DNA of 30,138 nt from Bdellovibrionales bacterium (GTDB lineage Bacteria; Bdellovibrionota; Bdellovibrionia; Bdellovibrionales; UBA1609), in contig JBFWVI010000015.1 of NCBI GenBank assembly GCA_050246815.1, positions 30,983 through 61,120 on the forward strand, given 5' to 3'. The position numbers were made by a program, and so were the translations under genes. Numbering within the stretch: the stretch's first letter is position 1; each line of letters starts with the position of its first letter. The notes below the pieces were generated by a model. The model was not told the DNA's origin. It saw nothing but the letters and a program-made list of their open reading frames with translations, and did no database searches. Of the stretch, positions 16,382 through 25,480 are shown in pieces.

Positions 16382-17038
16382 TTAATTTACACTCTGGACG
16401 ATCTGTGAAACGAGCTTTGTAGCTCCTTCGACAATAAGTTGAATTGAGAGCGCGGAAAGAATTAGTCCCATCAGTCTCTGAACAACTGAAACGCCAGACC
16501 GTCCAATGGCTTTTGCGATTACTGATGATGAACGCAAAATAAAATACGAAAGAACGAAAGTAAAGGCTATAGCCGCAGCGATCACCGAAAAATGGAGTGT
16601 GTGATTCGATTGGTGATCAGTTGAAAAAACCATGATCGATGTAATCGCACCTGGTCCAGCAAGGAGCGGAATAGCAACTGGAACAAAGCTGATATCTTCT
16701 CTTTCTTGTGGTGCAGAAAGCTCCGCTGCTGAACACTTGCAGTCGTCAGCTTTTCCTCTCAGCATCTCAAGAGCAGTTAGCAGTAATAGTAGTCCACCTC
16801 CGACTTTGAACGCATTCAGATTCAAACTCAATGCGCTAAACAAGTATGTGCCGAAGAGGGAGAACAGCAAGAGAACTGCGGCTCCAGTGACTGATGCCTT
16901 CTTAATCACGGCATGGCTTGCCTCAGGTGTGTAGCCTCTTGTTAAAGAAATAAAAGCAGGAACCACACCGATAGGATCGACGATCACTATCAACGTGGAA
17001 AAGACGACAAAAAAGCGATTTAAAAGTTCGAGATCCAT
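16382..17038 (-). CDS. MarC family integral membrane protein
   Basis: Motifs IVDPIG, FKVGGGLLL, FVPVAIPLLAGPGAI and RLMGLIL. Confidence 0.93.
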   Translation of the reverse strand: MDLELLNRFFVVFSTLIVIVDPIGVVPAFISLTRGYTPEASHAVIKKASVTGAAVLLLFSLFGTYLFSALSLNLNAFKVGGGLLLLLTALEMLRGKADDCKCSAAELSAPQEREDISFVPVAIPLLAGPGAITSIMVFSTDHQSNHTLHFSVIAAAIAFTFVLSYFILRSSSVIAKAIGRSGVSVVQRLMGLILSALSIQLIVEGATKLVSQIVQSVN

Positions 17039-17089
17039 ACTAGTTTGCCACTTCGTTTTGATATGCCATTTTCGCCCTCGATATTTAAG

Positions 17090-17119
17090 AAAGCCCGCGG
17101 CTCAAGTGCCGCAGGCTTT
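17090..17119 (-). terminator. Probable terminator after copZ
   Basis: AAAGCCCGCGGC-TCAAGT-GCCGCAGGCTTT hairpin just after the copZ stop, with T-rich flanks on both strands. Confidence 0.6.
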
Positions 17120-17124
17120 TGGGA

Positions 17125-17331
17125 TTAGAGCTTCCGTGCGCCAAGGACTGGGTATCCGGCCTCCTCAATAAGAGCGGTAATTTCCGTCTGCTCACGATTA
17201 CTCTTCACCTTCACTGTTTGCGATTTGAGGTCCACTGAAACTTCGACATTCGGATCGATTGATTTCAGAGCGTAGCTCATCGAATTGGCGCAACTACCAC
17301 AGGTCATGCCACTTACTTTGATCTCATACAT
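17125..17331 (-). CDS. copZ: Heavy-metal-associated (HMA) copper chaperone
   Basis: 68 aa with GMTCGSC and IEEAGY. Divergent from copA, with a CueR box upstream. Confidence 0.9.
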   Translation of the reverse strand: MYEIKVSGMTCGSCANSMSYALKSIDPNVEVSVDLKSQTVKVKSNREQTEITALIEEAGYPVLGARKL

Positions 17332-17390
17332 TTGAGGTCTCCTTTAGTTTTCTCCAACCGACTTCGATCAGAGATTTTCTTAAAGATCGT

Positions 17391-17413
17391 CCTTCCAGTC
17401 ATTGGAAGGTCAA
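17391..17413 (-). promoter_or_regulatory. CueR operator/promoter for copZ
   Basis: CCTTCC-N7-GGAAGG (17391-17409) overlapping a minus-strand -35 TTGACC. Confidence 0.85.
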
Positions 17414-17493
17414 GGTGGTTTTTTCAAATTCTCAAAAAAAGACACCCTCCTGCGTTGGAAGGTTGTAGTTCGAACTATTTTTTGTGGCCGCTA

Positions 17494-17524
17494 TTGACCT
17501 TCCAATGGTTGGAACCCGTAACCT
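17494..17524 (+). promoter_or_regulatory. CueR operator/promoter for copA
   Basis: TTGACC-19 bp-TAACCT with CCTTCC-N7-GGAACC in the spacer, the classic MerR-type geometry. Confidence 0.9.
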
Positions 17525-17560
17525 GATCTCGTTCACTAATAAATAGAAATGGAGATAGTT

Positions 17561-19858
17561 ATGCTGCAAGCAGAATTTCAAAGAGACAATAAACGCGAAT
17601 TTGACGTAGCAATCGAAGGAATGACTTGCGCCTCGTGCGTTTTCCGAATTGAGAAATCAGTATCTAAAGTTCAAGGGATTGATTCAATATCAGTTAACCT
17701 TGCGACTGAAACCGGAAAGGTAATTTTAGCTGACGACCGATTGAGTGAAGACGATGTCATTCGCGCAATTGGTAAAGCTGGCTATAAAGCTGAGCTGATT
17801 TCAAACGAGGTCGCGCCAAAGACTGACAATAAAGCCGCCGCTCTCCGCCAGGAGCGAACACGCCTATATATCGCGATTATTCTTTCAACTCCACTAGTCC
17901 TTCCAATGTTACTTGAACCGTTTGGTATTTCGGCAATGCTGCCTGCGTGGGCGCAGCTTGCGCTTGCCGCTCCTGTTCAGTTTTGGTTGGGCGCTCGGTT
18001 TTACAAGGCCGGTTGGTCGGCTCTCAGGGCTCGATCTGGAAATATGGATCTTTTGGTATCGATCGGAACTACAGCTGCATTCGGATTAAGTCTTTATTAT
18101 ATGTGGAAGAACTTCGGTGAGTCCCACGCTCACGGCGGTGCGCATCTTTATTTTGAAAGTGCAGCCGTCATAATTACGCTTGTTCTTCTCGGGAAATACC
18201 TTGAATCGCGAGCAAAACAACAGACATCTGCTGCGATTAAAGCGCTCCAAGCTCTCCGACCCGACTCAGCCATTCTCGTATCAGGAGGACAAGAGCTTGA
18301 AGTTCCTTTGAGCCAAATTAGACTGGGCGATCAAGTTCGAATCCGCCCTGGAGCAAAAGTGCCGGTTGATGGAATTGTGATCGAAGGCGAAAGCCAAATT
18401 GATGAATCTCTGATTACAGGTGAAAGCCTTCCAGTAGCAAAGATTGCTGGCGACAAAGTCACAGGCGGATCGGTCAATACTGACGGGCGATTACTTGTTA
18501 GAACAACAGCATTAGGTTCAGAAACAACACTGGCTCGAATCATTCGCCTAGTCGAAAGCGCTCAAGCAGGCAAAGCACCTATTCAGCGCCTCGTTGATAA
18601 AGTTAGCTCCGTGTTCGTTCCGGTCGTGATGCTCATTGCACTTGTAACGTTAGTTGGCTGGGGATTAACGACAGGTAATTGGGAGCATGCTATTCTTAAC
18701 GCTGTCGCTGTACTTGTCATCGCATGTCCATGTGCTTTGGGCCTAGCCACACCGACCTCAATTATGGTCGGTACAGGTCTCGCGGCGAAAGTCGGAATTC
18801 TCATAAAGGATGCTGAAGCGCTTGAGCTGACTCACTCGGTTACGGCTGTTGCATTCGATAAAACCGGTACACTCACAGAGGGAAAACCACGGCTCAACAA
18901 CTTAGTTTCGTTCGATGGTAATTCATCGCGATTACTGCGATTAGCTGCCGCAGTTCAGCTCGGAAGTGAGCATCCACTTGCTAAAGCGGTCGTTCAAAAA
19001 GCTGAGCAGGATCAAGTAAGCCTTCCGGAAGCTACTTCAGTTAAGGCACTTCCTGGAAAAGGTGTTGAAGGCACGGTGGAAAGCCAACGAATCGCAATTG
19101 GCACCAAAAAGCTCATGATTGAAAGAGGTATAGACATCTCAAAGCATGAGTACAAAGAAACAAAGTTCTTAATGGCTGGCGAAACGGTCGCTTACATTTC
19201 GGACCTTGATTCACGACTCGTTCTGGGCGTGATGAGTTTCTCTGATCGGATCAAAGATTCTGCACGAGAAACCGTAGCGGAGCTTATCACTCGCGGTATT
19301 AAGCCAATCATGATCACCGGCGACAATCAGCAGAGCGCTATGCGTGTAGCGCGGGAGCTGGGAATTGCAGAAGTTCGTGCAGAAGTTTTGCCAGAGGAAA
19401 AATCTCAGGTGATCGAAAAACTTAAGGCTGAGGGCTATCGAGTTGCGATGGTTGGTGACGGTATTAATGATGCTCCGGCTTTAGCGGCCGCTAACGTGGG
19501 TTTTGCAATGTCGACCGGAGCTGATGTGGCAATGCACTCAGCAGGCATTACACTGATGAATGGCAACCCTCTTCTGATCCCCGATGCAATCGAAATATCA
19601 AGACGGACTTACTCGAAAATTCGTCAGAATTTGTTTTGGGCCTTTATTTATAACGTCGTTGGCATTCCTCTAGCGGCGGCAGGCTTACTTACTCCTGTTG
19701 TTGCAGGCGCTGCGATGGCGTTTAGTAGCGTAAGCGTGGTTTCAAATTCGCTATTGCTCAAAAGGTGGAAAGCAGCTAGCCGCAGGCCAGATGAGATGAA
19801 AATCTCTGGGCCTGCATACGAAGAGTGGACGGCAATTGAAGCTCGTCGAGGTATGTAA
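17561..19858 (+). CDS. copA: Copper-translocating P1B-type ATPase
   Basis: HMA motif [40 protein letters not shown] and MAFSS. GGAG favours ATG 17561 (alternative 17549). Confidence 0.95.
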   Translation: MLQAEFQRDNKREFDVAIEGMTCASCVFRIEKSVSKVQGIDSISVNLATETGKVILADDRLSEDDVIRAIGKAGYKAELISNEVAPKTDNKAAALRQERTRLYIAIILSTPLVLPMLLEPFGISAMLPAWAQLALAAPVQFWLGARFYKAGWSALRARSGNMDLLVSIGTTAAFGLSLYYMWKNFGESHAHGGAHLYFESAAVIITLVLLGKYLESRAKQQTSAAIKALQALRPDSAILVSGGQELEVPLSQIRLGDQVRIRPGAKVPVDGIVIEGESQIDESLITGESLPVAKIAGDKVTGGSVNTDGRLLVRTTALGSETTLARIIRLVESAQAGKAPIQRLVDKVSSVFVPVVMLIALVTLVGWGLTTGNWEHAILNAVAVLVIACPCALGLATPTSIMVGTGLAAKVGILIKDAEALELTHSVTAVAFDKTGTLTEGKPRLNNLVSFDGNSSRLLRLAAAVQLGSEHPLAKAVVQKAEQDQVSLPEATSVKALPGKGVEGTVESQRIAIGTKKLMIERGIDISKHEYKETKFLMAGETVAYISDLDSRLVLGVMSFSDRIKDSARETVAELITRGIKPIMITGDNQQSAMRVARELGIAEVRAEVLPEEKSQVIEKLKAEGYRVAMVGDGINDAPALAAANVGFAMSTGADVAMHSAGITLMNGNPLLIPDAIEISRRTYSKIRQNLFWAFIYNVVGIPLAAAGLLTPVVAGAAMAFSSVSVVSNSLLLKRWKAASRRPDEMKISGPAYEEWTAIEARRGM

Positions 19859-20871
19859 TGGGCATACAAGTTTTAGTTAAAAATTTGAATCAAGATTTTA
19901 CTGCCGCCCCGAATGAAACCGTACTCACGGGAGCTTTGCGCAACGGCATTAATTTTCCTCACTCCTGCCAAAACGGGAGATGCGGAATGTGCAAATCAAG
20001 ACTTCAGAGCGGAGAAGTTGATCATCTTGCTCATAACAAATTCACATTGACCGACGAAGAAAAAGTATCGGGACTCATTCTAGCCTGCAAAGCCATTCCA
20101 AAAACTGACGTAGTAGTTAGCTGGGTTGCTGAAGAAGAGGAATTTGCTAACTCACAATCCATTGAAACAAAGGTAGTCCAGAAAAACCGACTAACACACG
20201 ACACATGGCGAGTTGTACTCGAAGCTGAATCCCACAAGTTCAAATTCAAACCTGGACAGTACTCATTGCTGAACATTACAGGTTTCCCGCCTAGAAATTA
20301 TTCTATGTCTAATCAGCCAAATGACCGTCAGCTTGAATTCTACATCCGCCAGTTGCCTGGTGGCCTCGTAAGTAACTACGTCAATGAGACATTAAAAGAG
20401 GGGGACTCGGTAACAGTCATAGGGCCGCTAGGAAGTTCGTACTTACGAGTAGTGCATGCAGGTCCAATTTTGCTTGTCGCTGGCGGCTCTGGGATTGCGC
20501 CAATAAAATCGATTTTAGATGCAGCGATTACTAACGGAATGCGACAAGCGATCTACTTGTATTTCGGGGTCCGCGAAGAACAAGACGTTTACCTGCTCGA
20601 TCATTTCCGAAAACTAAGAGAACAGTTTCCAAATTTTGTTTTCAATATAGTGGTTGATCGCGGCTCGACGAACAAAGCATATCGATCAGGTCGACTCAAC
20701 GACGCAATTAAAATTGATTTCCCAGCCTTTCACGGCAAGTGGAACGCATATTTAGCGGGTCCACCCCAAATGGTGGAGAGTGTCTCAAACTTAATCATTA
20801 TGAATGGCATTTCAAAATCGACTGTGTGGTCAGACCCATTCGTTACAACGGAACATGGAGCAGTGAAATGA
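19858..20871 (+). CDS. 2Fe-2S ferredoxin / FAD-NAD(P)H oxidoreductase (AscD / oxygenase-reductase type)
   Basis: SCQNGRCGMC...LAC ferredoxin motif, RNYS, GPLG, AGGSGIAP and YLAGPPQMV. TAATG overlap with copA. Confidence 0.9.
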   Translation: MGIQVLVKNLNQDFTAAPNETVLTGALRNGINFPHSCQNGRCGMCKSRLQSGEVDHLAHNKFTLTDEEKVSGLILACKAIPKTDVVVSWVAEEEEFANSQSIETKVVQKNRLTHDTWRVVLEAESHKFKFKPGQYSLLNITGFPPRNYSMSNQPNDRQLEFYIRQLPGGLVSNYVNETLKEGDSVTVIGPLGSSYLRVVHAGPILLVAGGSGIAPIKSILDAAITNGMRQAIYLYFGVREEQDVYLLDHFRKLREQFPNFVFNIVVDRGSTNKAYRSGRLNDAIKIDFPAFHGKWNAYLAGPPQMVESVSNLIIMNGISKSTVWSDPFVTTEHGAVK

Positions 20872-21416
20872 AGATCATAGGAATGATTGGAAGCTTAAGA
20901 CAGGGTTCATATAGCCGGTCAGTATTTAACAAATATCAGCAGCTTGCAGTGGGCAAGGCCGAGATTGTCGAGGCTGAAATTCGCTACATTCCTATGTTCA
21001 ACGAAGACCTGATGAATTCTGATTTTCCCCAATCAGTTTTGGAACTAGGCGCTCAGATCAGTGATGCAGATGGTTTGATTTTTTTCAGTCCAGAGTACAA
21101 TTATTCTGTCCCTGCGGTCCTTAAGAATGCCATCGATTGGCTATCAAAAAGCCCTAACCAGCCTCTAGCTGGTAAATCCGCTTCCATAATCAGCGTATCT
21201 CCAGGCCTATTCGGTGGTGCGCGAATGCAGTACCACATGCGACAGATCGGAATTTACATGGATATGCGCTTCCTAAACCGACCAGAAGTTATGATCGGCG
21301 AGGTGCAGAAGAAAATCGGGCTGGACGGGATTCTAGCTGATCAGCTCACAAACGGGTTGCTTGAGAACCACTTAGTTCACTTTTCTCGATTCATTGAGCA
21401 GCAAAAACGTCCTTAG
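20868..21416 (+). CDS. NADPH-dependent FMN reductase (ChrR/YieF-like)
   Basis: GSLRQGSYS and PEYNYSVPAVLKNAIDWLS. ATGA overlap and GGAG RBS place the start at 20868. Confidence 0.92.
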   Translation: MKIIGMIGSLRQGSYSRSVFNKYQQLAVGKAEIVEAEIRYIPMFNEDLMNSDFPQSVLELGAQISDADGLIFFSPEYNYSVPAVLKNAIDWLSKSPNQPLAGKSASIISVSPGLFGGARMQYHMRQIGIYMDMRFLNRPEVMIGEVQKKIGLDGILADQLTNGLLENHLVHFSRFIEQQKRP

Positions 21417-21418
21417 TC

Positions 21419-21449
21419 TTGACCTTCCAATGATTGGAAGGTGTATTCT
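21419..21449 (+). promoter_or_regulatory. CueR operator/promoter for cueR
   Basis: TTGACC-19 bp-TATTCT containing a perfect ACCTTCC-N7-GGAAGGT. Confidence 0.9.
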
Positions 21450-21474
21450 GGGTTTGAAAGTAAATGGAGGTTTT

Positions 21475-21861
21475 ATGAATATTGGAGAAGCAGCAAAAGC
21501 ATCAGGCGTAAATGCGAAGCTCATTCGTCATTACGAATCGATTGGGATAATTCCGAAGGCATCTAGAAGCGATTCAGGATACAGGATTTACAACGAAACC
21601 GATGTTGGCATTTTGACCTTTGTTCGGAGAGCACGAAGACTCGGCTTTTCCATGAAGGAGATTAAAAAGCTAGTAAGCCTTTGGCGCAATCGAAGTCGCG
21701 CTAGCGCAGATGTGAAAGCTCTCGCGCTGGCACACGTCAAAGAGATGGAGCAGAAGATCGACGAGCTTCAGGCGATGGTCAAGACCCTTAGGCATTTGGC
21801 AAAAAACTGCCACGGCGACCACCGCCCAGATTGTCCAATAATTGAAGAGTTAGCTCAGTAA
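21475..21861 (+). CDS. cueR: Cu(I)-responsive MerR-family regulator
   Basis: MNIGEAAKASGVNAKLIRHYE start and C-terminal CHGDHRPDCPII. GGAGG RBS. Confidence 0.95.
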   Translation: MNIGEAAKASGVNAKLIRHYESIGIIPKASRSDSGYRIYNETDVGILTFVRRARRLGFSMKEIKKLVSLWRNRSRASADVKALALAHVKEMEQKIDELQAMVKTLRHLAKNCHGDHRPDCPIIEELAQ

Positions 21862-21881
21862 ACATTTTTCCCGGAGGAATA

Positions 21882-22292
21882 ATGAACAAAAATCTTTTAA
21901 CTGCAATTGCCGCGATAGCTATGGTGCTCGCCTTCTTTTCGCCGCCCGTTCATTCAGCTGAAATCCTAAAGAAGGTTGATAACGAGAAAGTCTGCATGGT
22001 GACGGATATGCTCTTTGGGAAAAAACAGATTCCCGTTACGCATCAAGGCAAGACCTATTATGGCTGCTGCGCAAACTGCAAAGAAACACTGACGAAGGAT
22101 TCTAAAGCGCGAACCGCAATTGACCCAGTTTCTGGTAAGTCTGTTGATAAGGCAGTCGCCTTTATCGCGGCTCGCGAAGATAACTCAGTCCTGTATTTTG
22201 AGAACGAAAATACTTTTAAGCAATTTTCTAAGAAAGCGTTCCCGAAGCCGGCAGGCGACCATTCAAAGCATGAGGGTCACACTCACCATTGA
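21882..22292 (+). CDS. Secreted TRASH/YHS-like metal-binding protein with His-rich tail
   Basis: Signal peptide, VCMVTD, YYGCCANC, DPVSGKSVDK and a C-terminal HSKHEGHTHH. Confidence 0.75.
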   Translation: MNKNLLTAIAAIAMVLAFFSPPVHSAEILKKVDNEKVCMVTDMLFGKKQIPVTHQGKTYYGCCANCKETLTKDSKARTAIDPVSGKSVDKAVAFIAAREDNSVLYFENENTFKQFSKKAFPKPAGDHSKHEGHTHH

Positions 22293-22321
22293 CGTGAATT
22301 CGAGAATTCTGAAAATAAGAC

Positions 22322-22352
22322 TTTACCTTCCAATAGATGGAAGGTGGAGGAT
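22322..22352 (+). promoter_or_regulatory. CueR operator/promoter for the multicopper oxidase
   Basis: TTTACC-19 bp-GAGGAT containing a perfect ACCTTCC-N7-GGAAGGT. Confidence 0.85.
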
Positions 22353-22386
22353 GTAGGAGATCGGATTAATTGAATAGGAGACTTTT

Positions 22387-24831
22387 ATGAAACTAATGAC
22401 TTTGATCGCCACAACATTATTCACCTTGCTCTTTGCGGGAGAAGCTTTCGCTAAGACGGTTCGTTATGAACTCACGGTACGAAACCAAAAAGTAAATATG
22501 AGTGGAAAAAAAGAGGTCGACTTTGCATTGACCGTGAATGGAGGAATCCCCGCTCCTACTCTTGAATTTACAGAAGGTGATGATGCCGAGATTTTAGTTA
22601 AAAACCAAATACCGGATGAAGAAGTCTCGATCCACTGGCATGGCATTCTACTTCCCCCAGAGGAAGATGGAGTAGCCTACGTTAATACGCCTCCGATCTT
22701 TCCTGGAAAAGAGCGACTTTTTAAATTCAAGATCAGGCAAAATGGCACCTATTGGTATCACTCGCACACAGCCGTCCAAGAGCAAAAAGGCGTTTACGGT
22801 GCATTTATTATCCATCCGAAGAAAAAAGTCGTTCAGTACGACAAAGACGCTGTTCTGGTTTTGAGCGACTGGTCAGATGAAAATGCGGATCAGATCATCC
22901 GTAATCTTCGCAAAGATGGCGACTTCTATCTCTACAAGAAAGATTCGATGCGATCTTACTTTGGCGCTGTTAAAGCTGGGGGTCTGAAATCGCATTTAGC
23001 AAACGAATGGTCACGTATGGGAGGAATGGACCTCTCAGATGTCGGCTATGATGCCTTCTTGATTAACGGCAAGCGCGACTCGCAACTTCTTGTCGCTCAT
23101 CCTGGTGAAAAGATCAGACTTCGTATCATCAATGCTGCGGCTTCAAGTTATTTCTATGTTTCGATGGGTGTTCCGATGCAGGTCATTTCTGCTGACGGAG
23201 TTGATGTAACGCCAGTTCAAACAAAAGAAATTCTCATGGGTATGGCCGAGACTTACGACGTTCTTTTTACTGTACCGGAGCATAAGAACTACGAGCTCCG
23301 CGCAACTGTTCAGGATGTAACCGGCTATGCATCTGCATGGATTGGGATGGGAGAGAAAGTTCCTGCTCCGAGCAAGCCACTTCCAGATATGTACGCTTCG
23401 ATGGACCACGCCGGACATGGTGGTAAAGGGGATCACTCAGATCACGGGTCAGCTACCGAAGGACATGCTGGCCATAGTTCCTCTATGGATCATTCTCAGC
23501 ACGGAGGCCATGACGCTCATACAGGTCATGCCAGACACACTGAAGCATCTCAAAGCAGCGGCCATGAAGGGCATGGTTCACACGCTGGACATGGAACGAC
23601 TCAAAAAGACAAGCCAACTGCGGGTGGCGGTCATGGGAATCATGCGAACCACTCAGTCCATGCTAGTCTTGGCACTCACGGCAAGGAAGCGAAGACAATA
23701 ACGAAGAAAAAAGTCACCGGCACGCATGAAGGCCATGCGCCCAATTCTACGACTTCGGGTTCTATTGACTGGAGTACACAATCAGACGCCATGCTCAGAC
23801 AAAACGCTGCTCCTCGCGACCTCATCAGCCAAGCTTCGTTTAAACCAGTTCTTGAGACTTTGAGTGTCGATTCGCTAAAGGCAATTCAGCCTACGACGCT
23901 CCCAAAGGATGCGAAGGTTCATGACGTGAAACTCGTTTTGGGTGGCGATATGGAACGCTACGTTTGGCACATCAACGGAAAGGCGATCCAACAAGACAGA
24001 CTTTTGATGATTAACAAAGGCGAAGTCGTCCGATTTACTTTCGTAAACGATACGATGATGCATCACCCGATGCATTTTCACGGTCACTTCTTCCGAGTTG
24101 TGAATGAGAACGGAGAACGCTCGCCGCTCAAACATACAGTAGATGTTCCACCACATGGCTCTAGAACAATCGAGTTCTATTCAAATGAGCCAGGTCAATG
24201 GATGCTTCATTGCCACAATCTCTACCACATGAAAACTGGCATGGCGCGTGTCGTCCGTTACAACGACTTCAAACTCACTCCTAGCATGGAAAAGCACGAC
24301 AAGCATGATCCGCACTTACACGAACATTTCTACACGCATACAAATCTTGAAGCTGCGAGCAATCACGCAAAAGCGCAGTTTAGGCTTATGCGAACATGGG
24401 ATGAAATTGATTTTGAAGTCGAATCAAGAAGCGATAGTTCTAAGAATTTTGCCGTTGATGGAAAATGGGACATAGAGGGTGATCTCTTTTACCGAAGGTG
24501 GTATGGCAACTTCCTTAATTTGATCGTCGGTGGAAGCGCATACGATGAGAAGGGCTATGGAATGCTCGGAGCAGGTTATATCCTGCCGATGTTGATCGAG
24601 ACTCAATTGCTGGTGAACCACGATGGCAAATTTAGGGTCGATGTAGAAAAGCGCTTTCAATGGACTAAAAATGTATTCACTGATGCAGAATTTACCTGGC
24701 GACCAAAGCGGGAGGGTGAACACGAAAGTGAGTATGAAGTCACTCTTATGTATGGCCCTTCTTGGCATTGGGCCGCTGGTTTAATGTTAACAAACAAAAG
24801 TGTTGGCATGGGAGCGCAGATACAGTTTTAA
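22387..24831 (+). CDS. Multicopper oxidase (CopA/PcoA type) with long His-rich insert and C-terminal beta-barrel-like domain
   Basis: Copper motifs HWHG, WYHSH, HPMHFHGH and HCHNLYHMKTGM. His/Gly-rich segment at about 23400-23740. The C-terminus is beta-strand-rich and ends in IQF. Confidence 0.92.
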   Translation: MKLMTLIATTLFTLLFAGEAFAKTVRYELTVRNQKVNMSGKKEVDFALTVNGGIPAPTLEFTEGDDAEILVKNQIPDEEVSIHWHGILLPPEEDGVAYVNTPPIFPGKERLFKFKIRQNGTYWYHSHTAVQEQKGVYGAFIIHPKKKVVQYDKDAVLVLSDWSDENADQIIRNLRKDGDFYLYKKDSMRSYFGAVKAGGLKSHLANEWSRMGGMDLSDVGYDAFLINGKRDSQLLVAHPGEKIRLRIINAAASSYFYVSMGVPMQVISADGVDVTPVQTKEILMGMAETYDVLFTVPEHKNYELRATVQDVTGYASAWIGMGEKVPAPSKPLPDMYASMDHAGHGGKGDHSDHGSATEGHAGHSSSMDHSQHGGHDAHTGHARHTEASQSSGHEGHGSHAGHGTTQKDKPTAGGGHGNHANHSVHASLGTHGKEAKTITKKKVTGTHEGHAPNSTTSGSIDWSTQSDAMLRQNAAPRDLISQASFKPVLETLSVDSLKAIQPTTLPKDAKVHDVKLVLGGDMERYVWHINGKAIQQDRLLMINKGEVVRFTFVNDTMMHHPMHFHGHFFRVVNENGERSPLKHTVDVPPHGSRTIEFYSNEPGQWMLHCHNLYHMKTGMARVVRYNDFKLTPSMEKHDKHDPHLHEHFYTHTNLEAASNHAKAQFRLMRTWDEIDFEVESRSDSSKNFAVDGKWDIEGDLFYRRWYGNFLNLIVGGSAYDEKGYGMLGAGYILPMLIETQLLVNHDGKFRVDVEKRFQWTKNVFTDAEFTWRPKREGEHESEYEVTLMYGPSWHWAAGLMLTNKSVGMGAQIQF

Positions 24832-25280
24832 ATTTCAACCGTTGCGCGTTCATGTATTCTCTTAACTGTTGAATGGTACCAGCGAGTTTGTCCAGATGGA
24901 GTTCTAATGCCTCTCTTGGAGAGCCAGTCAGAGATTTTTTGATATGACCAACCGTTCCTTCGTTTTCTTTGGATACTTTGAATGACCATTTGCTCGCGAA
25001 TATGAGGTACTCGTTTCCCATCTTCCATTTTTTTACCAAACCTCAGCCATCCCGACTCTCGCTCTCCTTTTGCAATTCCCAGTCGCGTTAATGCTGAATT
25101 TATAGTGGAATGACCACAGCCAATGGGGACAGCAATCTGCCTAGCAGATAGCCCTTCTACGGTGTATTTTTGATTGAGGAAGGATTTGTTACGAAATAAG
25201 GGAGTTGTCGAAACCGTTGATTGTATTCTAAGATGCATTGAGGACAGGTTGAAAAAATCATCATGGGACTTGTCCACCAT
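24828..25280 (-). CDS. HTH plus recombinase DNA-binding-domain protein (no catalytic domain; start uncertain)
   Basis: GLSARQIA HTH. REQMVIQSI...GWSYQKISDWLSKRGIRT..G..RW..STVKRI resembles the large-serine-recombinase 'Recombinase' domain. Confidence 0.6.
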   Translation of the reverse strand: MVDKSHDDFFNLSSMHLRIQSTVSTTPLFRNKSFLNQKYTVEGLSARQIAVPIGCGHSTINSALTRLGIAKGERESGWLRFGKKMEDGKRVPHIREQMVIQSIQRKRRNGWSYQKISDWLSKRGIRTPSGQTRWYHSTVKRIHERATVEI

Positions 25281-25480
25281 CTTCAGAGTTTGAGAACCCG
25301 GGCCGTCCCCCGGAGTTCTCGCAACTCAGAACTTGGTTTTTAGTACTGGTTTGGATGAGTTAGTCTTCGCCGTCTCGATGAAGCGGCAAATCCAAGATTG
25401 CAAAATGGGGACGAAAACGTTGAACCCGAAGGGCTGAGACAACGCAGACTTCGGGCTTTTTTATGGGGTGGGGACGACGA

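Noticed and set aside
17444..17463. Fifth CueR-like box between copZ and copA
   Set aside because: The spacer is 6 instead of 7 nt and the left half-site is degenerate.
25273..25280. TCCACCAT matching the ssrA 3' end as a possible att remnant
   Set aside because: Only 8 nt, within chance expectation, although its position next to the recombinase fragment is suggestive.
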